NCBI GenBank assembly: GCA_038245175.1
Contig: JBBRSR010000001.1
Coordinates: 191,744-215,743 of the forward strand
Source: Mycobacteriales bacterium
GTDB taxonomy: Bacteria; Actinomycetota; Actinomycetes; Mycobacteriales; Nakamurellaceae
Length of the DNA stretch: 24,000 nucleotides
Direction of reading: 5' to 3'
Position numbers and translations under genes: made by a program. Position 1 is the first letter of the stretch, and each line of letters starts with the position of its first letter. The notes beneath the pieces are model-generated. The model did no database searches, was not told where the DNA came from, and worked only from the letters and a program-made list of their open reading frames with translations. Below, in pieces: positions 10,855-19,180 of this stretch.

Positions 10855-11742
10855 TCAGAACGTTCGCCGGACGAGCTCGTCGATGGCCACCCGAGCCGGG
10901 GCTGAGACACTGGCGCCGGCAACGGTTGTCGCCAATGCCCCGGCCGCGCAGGCCCACTGAACGGCGCTGAGCGCAGGCTTTCCCTCGACCCAAGCGACGG
11001 CCAGCGCACCGGTGAACGCGTCGCCCGCCCCGGTGGTGTCAACGGCGTCCACGGTCGGCGCCGGGACGGCGAACTGCTCCCCGGCCGGCCCCCGGTAGTG
11101 CGCCCCGGCCGCGCCGAGAGTGGTGATCACATGGGGCACCGCCGCCATCGCGGCGCCGCCGATCGCCTCCGCCTCACCCTCGTTGAGTACCAGCAGCGCC
11201 GTGTCGGCGAGCAGCGACGGCGGTAGCCGGCGCACCGGCGAAGGGTTGAGCAGCAACGCCTTCCCGGCCCCGGCGGCGGCTTCCGCGCCGGCCAGGACGG
11301 TCGCCAGCGGGATTTCCAACTGGCAGATCAGCATCGCCGAATCCGCGATCATCGCGCGGTCGGCGACGGTCAACTCGATGACCCAACCGTTCGCTCCGGC
11401 CACGACCACGATGAAGTTCTGGGCGTGATCGTCGACCATGATGCCGGCCACCCCGCTGGCCCCGGGCACCTGACGCAGCGCTCGGTCGTCGACCCCGCTA
11501 CCGACCAGATTGGCTCGCAGTTGGTCACCGAAAGCATCGTCACCGACGGCGCCGATCAGGTGCACCCGCCCACCCGCGGTGGCCGCGGCGATAGCCTGAT
11601 TGGCGCCCTTCCCGCCCGGGATGGTCCGGAAGCCCCGACCGAGCAGCGTCTGACCGGGCTTGGGCAGCACCGCGGAGGTGAACACCAGGTCCATATTGAT
11701 GGAGCCGAGCACGGTGATCGCCGCTGCGCTGGGGCCGGTCAT
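10855..11742 (-). CDS. rbsK: Ribokinase (PfkB family sugar kinase)
   Basis: VLGSINMDLV, TIPGGKGANQAIAAA, NEGEAE and C-terminal DTTGAGDAFTGALA, which are classic ribokinase/PfkB motifs. Confidence 0.85.
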   Translation of the reverse strand: MTGPSAAAITVLGSINMDLVFTSAVLPKPGQTLLGRGFRTIPGGKGANQAIAAATAGGRVHLIGAVGDDAFGDQLRANLVGSGVDDRALRQVPGASGVAGIMVDDHAQNFIVVVAGANGWVIELTVADRAMIADSAMLICQLEIPLATVLAGAEAAAGAGKALLLNPSPVRRLPPSLLADTALLVLNEGEAEAIGGAAMAAVPHVITTLGAAGAHYRGPAGEQFAVPAPTVDAVDTTGAGDAFTGALAVAWVEGKPALSAVQWACAAGALATTVAGASVSAPARVAIDELVRRTF

Positions 11743-11780
11743 GGCCCCATCCTATGGAGTCGGCATCTCATGTCCGTCGA

Positions 11781-12467
11781 TCAGAGGTCGCGCTGGACCT
11801 CGGGCAAATCGAGGTAGCCGTCCTGGACCGCCGCGCGGACAGCGTCCTGCGGGCTGCTGACCTCCCGGCCTGAATCGCGGTAGCGGGTACAGACCCGATT
11901 GAAGTAGGTGACCACAGTGGCGAGTCCGACCGGCGGGTTCATCCGACTCCCGATGAGTTTGCGCGGCACCCCGTCGGCCAGCAGTTCCAGGGCTTCCAAT
12001 TCCCTGGGCGCCAGCCGGGGAGCCAGGCTCCTGTCCGTGACGAGCAGGAACGCAAGGTCGCTCGAGACGGCGAATTCACCACGGGCCGCCGACCTGACCA
12101 CATCGACGATGCGGTCAACCGCATCGGATTTCAGGACTACACCGGCGGCTCCAGCCTGCACCGCACGCCGGATGGGTACCGGCCGCAGCTCCGACGTCAA
12201 TACCACCACGGTGACGCCGTGGGCGACCAGCCAGGCGATCCCCTGCTCAGGCTTTGACCCATCGTGGAGGTGCAGGTCATAGAGGATCAGATCAGGCGGG
12301 TCGTCCCACAGCGTCATCCGCTCGGCGAGCTCCTGCCAGGAGGCCGACCTGCCCATCCATTCGACGTCGGGTGCCGAGCGGGTGATCAGCGAGGCCAGCC
12401 CCTCGACCACGATGGGGTGGTCATCCACCGCCGCTAGGCGTAGCGCCGGCAGCGGCACAGTGTTCAC
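11781..12467 (-). CDS. NarL/LuxR-family response regulator (REC plus divergent HTH)
   Basis: Receiver residues are AAVDDHP, the LILYDLHL phospho-acceptor Asp, VVVLTS and VLKSD. C-terminal LAPRELEALELLADG... is a LuxR-type HTH with a divergent recognition part. GTG 12467 is preceded by AGGAAAG; GTG 12509, 2 nt after the kinase stop, is an alternative. The track start at 13004 lies inside the kinase gene. Confidence 0.8.
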   Translation of the reverse strand: MNTVPLPALRLAAVDDHPIVVEGLASLITRSAPDVEWMGRSASWQELAERMTLWDDPPDLILYDLHLHDGSKPEQGIAWLVAHGVTVVVLTSELRPVPIRRAVQAGAAGVVLKSDAVDRIVDVVRSAARGEFAVSSDLAFLLVTDRSLAPRLAPRELEALELLADGVPRKLIGSRMNPPVGLATVVTYFNRVCTRYRDSGREVSSPQDAVRAAVQDGYLDLPEVQRDL

Positions 12468-12511
12468 TCGGCCAGTCTTTCCTGTCCGGGCCTTCGGAAC
12501 CAGTCCCACGA

Positions 12512-14815
12512 TCAGAGGACCTCCGCGGTGATTCGATGCACCAAGTGCACATGGTCGGTTCCTTCTTCGAAGGCCCAGCCCGCGGTTCGGGCAAATTGTG
12601 CTAATGCGTCGCGGACCTGCGGGGGAGGTGAATTCACCCGCAGCGAGGAACGCCAACCCGCGCCGGAGGCAGCGGCCGTGGCCGTGGCCGAAGCCGCCGC
12701 CGGCCATGACTGCTGGTCGGCCTGGGCGGCGATGAGGGCGGCGGTCAGCGACTGCTGAGCCGGCTCGGATATTTCGGGAGCAATCCGCACGGTCACCTGG
12801 CAGCCGAGCTCGGCCAGTCGATCGAGTTCGCCCTGGATGTCGGCCGGCAGCTGTTGAAACACCTGCTCGCGAACCTGCCGCTCCAACTCGCCGGCGCGAG
12901 CCTGAACGCTGGGGTCGGACACATCCAGCCGTTTGCCGGCCACCCCCTGAACGAATTCCAGGACCAGATTGTGCCGCAGGCTCATCCGTCGGGTGAGCTC
13001 CCATTCGAAGTTGGCACGGCGCAGATCGGTGGTCTGACTGCGCACGGTGTATTCCTGCGAGCGAAGTACGTCCCAGGACAGGACGTCCACCGTCCGGCGA
13101 ACCAGCACCCCCACCACGACGGCCATCACGGGAGCCAGGATGCAGGCGGAGTAGGTCGGCAGCAGGGTCGGGTCACCCAGCAATCGCCAGCACATTCCGA
13201 CGGACATGGCCACCAGACCCACACCGCAGATCACCGCCTCCAGGACGGGGCGAAACAGCGCCTGGACCAGCACGATGGATGCCGCTCCGCCGGAGAGCCA
13301 ATAGAGCGCGGTGTTGTGGAAGCCTGGTGGCAGGACCAGCCCGTTGGTAGCGGAGCCTCCCCAGGCGATGATCGTCAGCACCGCGGACTGGCGGCCGCGC
13401 AGCCCCCGGCGAATGCCAGCCGCGCAGGCCACCAGGCCGGCGACCACGATAATGAGGGAAACCGCCGAGATCAGGATCGGTCGGGTCACCAACGGCGCCA
13501 TCCACACTGCCGCCCAGACATTCACCAATAGCGGGGGCAGGCACATCTTCACCGCCGCAGGAAAGAAGTCGGCGACCGCCCCGGACGCTGCTCCCGTGAC
13601 GTAGGCCGACCGAGCGTAATGACGGGGAGCCCAGGTCAGCGTGACGGTCGATCCGGCGCCCGGCTCTGACCGGACCGCCGCAGACCCGCCGATGTCATGC
13701 ATCCGGTCAGCAATGGATGCGCTGACTCCGCGCCGCTGGTTGTGGACTGCATCAGGGTCGAAACCACATCCTCGGTCGGTGACCGTCACGACCACATGCA
13801 GCCCGGCGCGATGCAACCGGACCCAGGCGCGAGCGGTCCCGGCATGCCGCACCACGTTGCGTAGCGCCTCGGTGACCGCCCGGGCGAACGAATCCTCGAC
13901 GTCGGGCGGGACGTCAATGGTTCGGGAACCGCTGACCGCCAACGTGACGGTCAGCGGCAAGCGAGCCGTGACCTGGGCCAGACGTGCCCCGAGACCGGAT
14001 TCGCCGGCCGGCGCCCGACCATCGACGTCTTCCCCGAGCATCGAGTTCGCCAATTGGCTGGCACCTTCAATGGCCACGTCGGCAGGCACGGCCCGCCGAT
14101 CCAGTGCCACGATCCGCAACGTGTGCAGGACGTCGTCATGAATGAAGCGATCGAGCTCCCTGGCCCGGGTGGTACGCGCGTTGGCAATGAATTCTGCGGT
14201 GCGTTGCCGGCGGACGGCGTTCAGTGCGTGGTCTGCGGTTCGGGCTGCGCTCAGGAGCGCCTCGACGGTGAAGTAGGTCATCGTGATGATCAGCGCGGCC
14301 TGCCCCGCCTCATATCCAACCTGTCGGACGAGCAGGTCATGGGACGCGCCCGCGGGCCAGGTCAGAATTCGGGCAGTTCCATTGAGGATGAGCAGGCAGC
14401 CCGCGACCCACCAGCGATGCCAGGACCGCTCGATGTACACGACAAAACCGATGAGGGTGAACACGAACTGGGACGGCCACCAGTCCGCCGGCCGATCGGC
14501 CAAGGAAAATGCCGGTAGCGCCAGCGCAATGCCCAGGACAGACGTCAGCACGATCAGCCCGGTGGCCCAGCGCGACACCAGCCGGAGCACCAACACCGAA
14601 ATGATGGCTGCCTGAGCGGCCACAGTGAGGGACAAACCCACCGGCCCCAGCCGTGACGCTCCGGCGCCCAGCCCGAAGATCATCGCCAGCCCACTAATCG
14701 CGGTGATCAGGCAGACGGTGATCCCGGCCCGTCGCAGTGCCCGTTGGATGCTGTCGGTCCAGGTCCGCTGGGAGCGGGCGGATTCGTGTGCCGGTGTCAC
14801 GCCGCGAACTGACAT
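12512..14815 (-). CDS. Sensor histidine kinase, HisKA_3/NarX-DesK type, with a second polytopic membrane block and a degenerate kinase-like C-terminal half
   Basis: About 6 N-terminal TM helices, H-box ELDRFIHDDVLHTLRIV, N-box EALRNVVRHAG, G1 DRGCGF and G2-like GGSAAVRSEPGAGSTVTLTW, ending near aa 395. About 6 further TM helices follow, then a cytoplasmic tail (ELTRRMSLRHNLVLEFVQGV...) with no G-boxes. Confidence 0.85.
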   Translation of the reverse strand: MSVRGVTPAHESARSQRTWTDSIQRALRRAGITVCLITAISGLAMIFGLGAGASRLGPVGLSLTVAAQAAIISVLVLRLVSRWATGLIVLTSVLGIALALPAFSLADRPADWWPSQFVFTLIGFVVYIERSWHRWWVAGCLLILNGTARILTWPAGASHDLLVRQVGYEAGQAALIITMTYFTVEALLSAARTADHALNAVRRQRTAEFIANARTTRARELDRFIHDDVLHTLRIVALDRRAVPADVAIEGASQLANSMLGEDVDGRAPAGESGLGARLAQVTARLPLTVTLAVSGSRTIDVPPDVEDSFARAVTEALRNVVRHAGTARAWVRLHRAGLHVVVTVTDRGCGFDPDAVHNQRRGVSASIADRMHDIGGSAAVRSEPGAGSTVTLTWAPRHYARSAYVTGAASGAVADFFPAAVKMCLPPLLVNVWAAVWMAPLVTRPILISAVSLIIVVAGLVACAAGIRRGLRGRQSAVLTIIAWGGSATNGLVLPPGFHNTALYWLSGGAASIVLVQALFRPVLEAVICGVGLVAMSVGMCWRLLGDPTLLPTYSACILAPVMAVVVGVLVRRTVDVLSWDVLRSQEYTVRSQTTDLRRANFEWELTRRMSLRHNLVLEFVQGVAGKRLDVSDPSVQARAGELERQVREQVFQQLPADIQGELDRLAELGCQVTVRIAPEISEPAQQSLTAALIAAQADQQSWPAAASATATAAASGAGWRSSLRVNSPPPQVRDALAQFARTAGWAFEEGTDHVHLVHRITAEVL

Positions 14816-15117
14816 TCACCAAATTTACCGATCGGCGCGTCAATTCGCCCCAGAGGGCCCAAAAGGGACGGCCGTGGCGTCGCTCCGACACCCGAACTCC
14901 CCTGTCCCCTCGAGGAATGACAGCAGAAGAGTGGACTGGTTCTGGTTGTTGGGGCTGCTTAGCGTTGCCCCGAGGCAGTAACCACTGCCGACATGGCAGT
15001 GGACTTGCCCAGGCAAGACACTCCGAGCAAAGGATGCCCATGAGCCTGCTTAGTCGCTACCACTCGCTACTAGCCGGACCCGCCAAAACGGATCCACAGC
15101 CGAAGGAGGAAACACGC

Positions 15118-15900
15118 ATGTCCAAGATTCCGACCACACCAACACGACTCCGCCGGCCGCTGCAAGTCCTATCAGCAGCGCTACTGATCGTTGCCTCGGC
15201 CGTCCTATCGCTATTCACCGCAGGTACGGCGTCCGCATCAACATTCAACGACACCGTAATGGTGCAGACACAACGAATGGCCGCAGCCACACTGAACTCC
15301 ACCCAACTCGGCTGGTACCCCAGTGGCAGCCATTTGACACTGAACTGCTGGGTCACCGGCCAAGCAGTGAAAGGGTTCTACAGCCCGTACATCCCGGGTG
15401 GCTGGGACAACCTCTGGTACCAAACCAGCGACGGTGCGTTTGTAGCAGACATCGACCTACAGACTTACACCAATGGTCCAGCAGCGGGCACCTCAGCATG
15501 TGCAGCATCGCCCGCAACATCTCGGGGCGACAAAGCAGTCGCCTGGGCCCGGAGCCAAGTCGGGTCCATGGCTTACCCAGCGCTGTGCGAACTGTTCGTC
15601 GAGCAGGCGTACAACACGTCCGGTCGATCCGTCTCCGCGATCGCCGCATACTACAGCCTCAAAGCAGCCGGGCAAATCCACACCAACAACACCGGCATCC
15701 CAGCCGGCGCTCTCGTATTCAGCAGCAACCCCCGCTACGACTACGGGAACGGCCACGTCATGATTAGTAATGGTGACGGCACGTACACATCCGGTGGCGT
15801 AAGCACCAGCTTAGGCAATCACTCCACCGTGCAGATCCTGGGACTCCAGAGCACTTATCTCGGCTGGGCCTACGCGCCCGATAGCTGGGGCAGCCGCTAA
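15118..15900 (+). CDS. Secreted papain-like Cys-His hydrolase (CHAP/NlpC-P60 superfamily-like) with a possible N-terminal SH3b-like domain
   Basis: Strong SD GAAGGAGGA (15102-15110) lies 7 nt before ATG 15118. Signal peptide MSKIPTTPTRLRRPLQVLSAALLIVASAVLSLFTAGTASA|S includes an RR pair. Candidate catalytic Cys is in YPALCELFVEQAY and candidate His in GALVFSS..YGNGHVMISNGDG. The track start at 14737 is an upstream extension. Confidence 0.65.
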   Translation: MSKIPTTPTRLRRPLQVLSAALLIVASAVLSLFTAGTASASTFNDTVMVQTQRMAAATLNSTQLGWYPSGSHLTLNCWVTGQAVKGFYSPYIPGGWDNLWYQTSDGAFVADIDLQTYTNGPAAGTSACAASPATSRGDKAVAWARSQVGSMAYPALCELFVEQAYNTSGRSVSAIAAYYSLKAAGQIHTNNTGIPAGALVFSSNPRYDYGNGHVMISNGDGTYTSGGVSTSLGNHSTVQILGLQSTYLGWAYAPDSWGSR

Positions 15901-15911
15901 CCACCAACAAC

Positions 15912-15957
15912 GGGTTCCCCCAGGTTGGTCCGTCGAGCCTGGGGGAAGACCCTTTGT
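15912..15957 (+). terminator. Stem-loop terminator after the hydrolase gene
   Basis: TTCCCCCAGG (15915-15924) pairs perfectly with CCTGGGGGAA (15938-15947) across a 13-nt loop. The stem is extendable by GGG/CCC with a bulge and is followed by CTTTGTC. Confidence 0.55.
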
Positions 15958-16085
15958 CAGGGCTGATGGCAAGGGGTTTAGCGATCGAAGGCCTACAGGT
16001 GGCCGCTGCTGGCGAAGCCGTCTCACATCGGCCTCATCGGTTGACCGTCCTGCACGCAGACTGGTGCGCACCCCATACTGCCATC

Positions 16086-17726
16086 ATGAGCGCATTCATC
16101 ACGGCGGTGGCTTCGGCGTCCCGCGGCGACGCCGGAATGGTCACCGGAGAGCCGGTGGCTCCGCTACGGACCACCTGGAGCCAGGTTCACGACGACGCCC
16201 GCCGGGGGGCCGCCGTCCTGGTCGACGACGGACTGCAGCCACAGGATGCGGTGGCCATCCTCGCGGCGGCGCCCGCCGAGGTGGCGCCGATCGTGCAGGC
16301 CATCTGGTGGGCCGGCGGCTCGGTGACGATGCTCCACCAACCGACCGCACGCACCGATCAGGCGCACTACGCGGCCGAGACGGCGCAGGTGCTGCGGGTG
16401 ATCAGGGCCCGGCGAATCGTGCTCGGCGCCCAGTTCGCCGGCGTCGCCGCGATGCTGGCCGGATCCGGTATCCGGGTGCACCACGCGGCCGACTTGTTCG
16501 CCGGCACCGACTCGCTGGACGAGCCGATCGTGGTGAACGAGGACGACACATTGCTGCTGCAGCTGACTTCCGGGTCGACGGCGAGTCCGAAGGCGGTCCG
16601 GATCTCTCACCATAATGCGTGGAACAACCTGCAGGCTCTGCGATCTCGCGCCGGGCTGACGCCTGGTCAGGATGTCATGGTGTCCTGGCTGCCGCTGTTC
16701 CACGACATGGGGATGGTCGGATTTCTCACGCTTCCGATGACCTTCGGCATCGAACTGGTCAAGATCACGCCGGCCGATTTCCTGCGTTCTCCGCTGCTCT
16801 GGTTTGAGCTGATCACCAAGTATTCGGGCACCCACACCGCCGCTCCGAACTTCGCATATGCGTTGGCCGCCAAGGCATTACAGCACGCGCAAGGGCTCGA
16901 TCTGAGTACGCTGCGGTTCGCGTTGAACGGCGCCGAGCCGATCGATGTGCCTGCGGTGCAGGGGTTCCTCGCGGCCGGAGCACGATTCGGGCTGCCGTCC
17001 ACCTCGATGATCCCGGCGTACGGCATGGCCGAAACGACCCTCGGTGTGAGCATCCAGCACACCGGCCAGCAGTTGCGGATCGATGTACTGGACGCGATCT
17101 CCCTGGAGCATCAGCGGCTTGCAGTGCCGGCCGGGCCCGAGTCCACCGGCACCCGATCGTTTCCGACCCTGGGTCCGCCGCTCGATGGAATCGAGGTGCA
17201 GGTCCGCGACGATCTCGGTGACGTGCGCGGTGAACGCGAGGTCGGCACCCTGTTCATCCGGGGCGAGGCGGTGACCGATCGATATCTCACGATGGACGGC
17301 GAGGTACCGACGCAGGCCGCCGACGGCTGGCTGGACACCGGCGACATCGGCTACCTGGTCGATGGCGAGGTGGTGGTCTGCGGCCGGGTCAAGGACGTGA
17401 TCATCATGGGTGGCCGCAACATCTATCCGACCGACATCGAGCGGGTGGCCGCGACGGTCGAGGGCGTCCGCGCCGGCAACGCGATCGCTGTCCGGTGGAG
17501 TACCAGCGGTGGCCGGGAGTCCTTCGCCATTGCGGTGGAATCCCGATCGGCCGACGACGGCGACGTCGCCGCCGCGATCGCCAAGGCGGTGCGGGCGGCG
17601 GTCACGGCCGCCATCGGTGCACGCCCGTCGCAGGTGGTGGTGTTGCCGGTCGGCTCACTGCCCAAGACACCGTCGGGCAAACTCAAGCGCGCTGCTGCCA
17701 TCGACCTGGTGATCAGTTCGCTGTAG
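16086..17726 (+). CDS. Adenylate-forming fatty-acyl-AMP/CoA ligase (FadD / Mtb Pks16-like)
   Basis: AMP-binding motifs LTSGSTASPKAV, AYGMAETT, DTGDIGYL, GRVKDVIIMGGRNIYPTDIE and LPKTPSGKLKR. ATG 16086 gives 546 aa, close to my remembered length for Rv1013. Its position before a convergent pth matches Mtb synteny. Confidence 0.85.
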   Translation: MSAFITAVASASRGDAGMVTGEPVAPLRTTWSQVHDDARRGAAVLVDDGLQPQDAVAILAAAPAEVAPIVQAIWWAGGSVTMLHQPTARTDQAHYAAETAQVLRVIRARRIVLGAQFAGVAAMLAGSGIRVHHAADLFAGTDSLDEPIVVNEDDTLLLQLTSGSTASPKAVRISHHNAWNNLQALRSRAGLTPGQDVMVSWLPLFHDMGMVGFLTLPMTFGIELVKITPADFLRSPLLWFELITKYSGTHTAAPNFAYALAAKALQHAQGLDLSTLRFALNGAEPIDVPAVQGFLAAGARFGLPSTSMIPAYGMAETTLGVSIQHTGQQLRIDVLDAISLEHQRLAVPAGPESTGTRSFPTLGPPLDGIEVQVRDDLGDVRGEREVGTLFIRGEAVTDRYLTMDGEVPTQAADGWLDTGDIGYLVDGEVVVCGRVKDVIIMGGRNIYPTDIERVAATVEGVRAGNAIAVRWSTSGGRESFAIAVESRSADDGDVAAAIAKAVRAAVTAAIGARPSQVVVLPVGSLPKTPSGKLKRAAAIDLVISSL

Positions 17727-17732
17727 CGGCGG

Positions 17733-18302
17733 TCAGTGCCAGCGGTTCTGTGCCTCGACCAGGCCGAGTTCGAGGAGTAGCTCGGTGGCGTCGGCGGCCC
17801 GTTCCAGTTCCACCGCAAGTTCTTTGCGCTCTGTCCCAGAGAAATCCTTGAGTACGTAATCGGCCGGGTCCTGCCGACCGGGTGGCCGGGAAATGCCGAA
17901 CCGGACCCGGGCGTAGTCCTTGGTGCCCAGGCTGCTGGAGATCGACCGCAGGCCGTTGTGGCCGCCCTCGCCGCCGCCGGATTTGAGTCGGATGGTGCCG
18001 AACGGCAGATCGAGCTCGTCGTGGACGACCACCACGTCGGCCGGTTCGATCTTGAAGAATCGGGCCAGTCCGGCAGTCGCGCCACCGGCCAGGTTCATGT
18101 ACGACCGCGGTTTCCCGATAACCACGCGGGTCTGGCCGATCCGTCCCTCAGCGATGTCGGCGCCGGCTTTGTGGGCCTTGAATCGGCTGCCGATCCGGCC
18201 GGCGAGCACGTCGGCCACCATCGCGCCGGCGTTGTGCCGGTTCCCGGCATAGCCGGGACCAGGATTGCCGAGCCCGATGATCAGTGTGAGTTCTGCTGTC
18301 AT
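17733..18302 (-). CDS. pth: Peptidyl-tRNA hydrolase
   Basis: [40 protein letters not shown] and RVRFGI are canonical Pth motifs. ATG at 18302 gives 189 aa. The track start at 18470 is an extension into rplY. Confidence 0.93.
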   Translation of the reverse strand: MTAELTLIIGLGNPGPGYAGNRHNAGAMVADVLAGRIGSRFKAHKAGADIAEGRIGQTRVVIGKPRSYMNLAGGATAGLARFFKIEPADVVVVHDELDLPFGTIRLKSGGGEGGHNGLRSISSSLGTKDYARVRFGISRPPGRQDPADYVLKDFSGTERKELAVELERAADATELLLELGLVEAQNRWH

Positions 18303-18339
18303 CGGGGCCCGGCATCCACACATCCGTCGGTGCGGACGG

Positions 18340-18936
18340 CTACTTCTCCTCTTCGACTTCGGCTTCGGTCGTGTCGGCGACCGCATCGACCTCTTCCTCG
18401 GTCTCGTTCGCGACGCCGACGACCAGCGCCTCGGGATCGGAGGCCAGGGTTGCGCCTTCGGGCAGGACAACCTGACCGGCCAGGATCTGAGTGCCGGCCT
18501 CGAGGCCCTCGACGGAGACCTCGATGTGGTCCGGGATGCTCAGCGCGTCCACCTCGATGGACAGGCTGGTCTGGTCGTTGAGGATCATGGTGCTGGGAGC
18601 GGCTTCGCCGGTGACAACGATCTGGACGTCGACGGTGACCTTCTCGCCGCGGCGGACCAGCAGCAGGTCGACGTGCTCGACGTAGTCGCGCAGCGGGTGC
18701 TTGACGACAGCCTTCGGCAGCGCCAGCTCGTCACCGGTCGGCAGTTCCAGGGTCAGCACGGTGTTCGCGCCGCCCTTCATCGCGCGGGTGAAGTCGCGGG
18801 CACCGAAGGTGAAGTGGCGCGGGTCGCTGCCGTGCCCGTACAGCACGGCGGGGATCTTGCCGGCGGCGCGGGCGCGGCGCGAGGCGCCCTTGCCGAACTC
18901 GGTGCGGGCTTCGGCGGCGATTCGGACTTCGGACAC
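18340..18936 (-). CDS. rplY: 50S ribosomal protein L25 / general stress protein Ctc
   Basis: [26 protein letters not shown] matches the L25/Ctc N-terminus. Two-domain length with an acidic C-terminal tail. GTG 18936 is preceded by AAGGAG 7 nt upstream on the minus strand. Confidence 0.92.
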   Translation of the reverse strand: MSEVRIAAEARTEFGKGASRRARAAGKIPAVLYGHGSDPRHFTFGARDFTRAMKGGANTVLTLELPTGDELALPKAVVKHPLRDYVEHVDLLLVRRGEKVTVDVQIVVTGEAAPSTMILNDQTSLSIEVDALSIPDHIEVSVEGLEAGTQILAGQVVLPEGATLASDPEALVVGVANETEEEVDAVADTTEAEVEEEK

Positions 18937-19180
18937 GGGAACTCCTTGTGTTGAATTCGGTGGTTCTGTGCTGGTGATCAGGCGGTGGGTGGCGCGCGTC
19001 ATCCCGGCATACGTCACGGGGGAAAAAGGACCCACCGCGTCGATTACGGCAAACCCGGTGGTGCGGAGCCTTCGCTCCATCCGGGCCGCCCTCGCCGAGG
19101 CAACCCCGCCAGCTTACCGGGGTGCCCGGCCGATACCAAACTCCTATCAAACTGTGGGCCGGATATGACACCCTCGAGGA

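Noticed and set aside
5971-14828. The AT-rich 10-mer GTAAATTTGG occurs just upstream of two start codons: 5971-5980 before rpfB paralog 3, and as the reverse complement of 14819-14828 before the kinase ATG.
   Set aside because: It is striking in GC-rich DNA, but there are only two occurrences, the spacing to the start differs (6 vs 3 nt), and no further shared context exists. I treat it as coincidence unless it is conserved in relatives.
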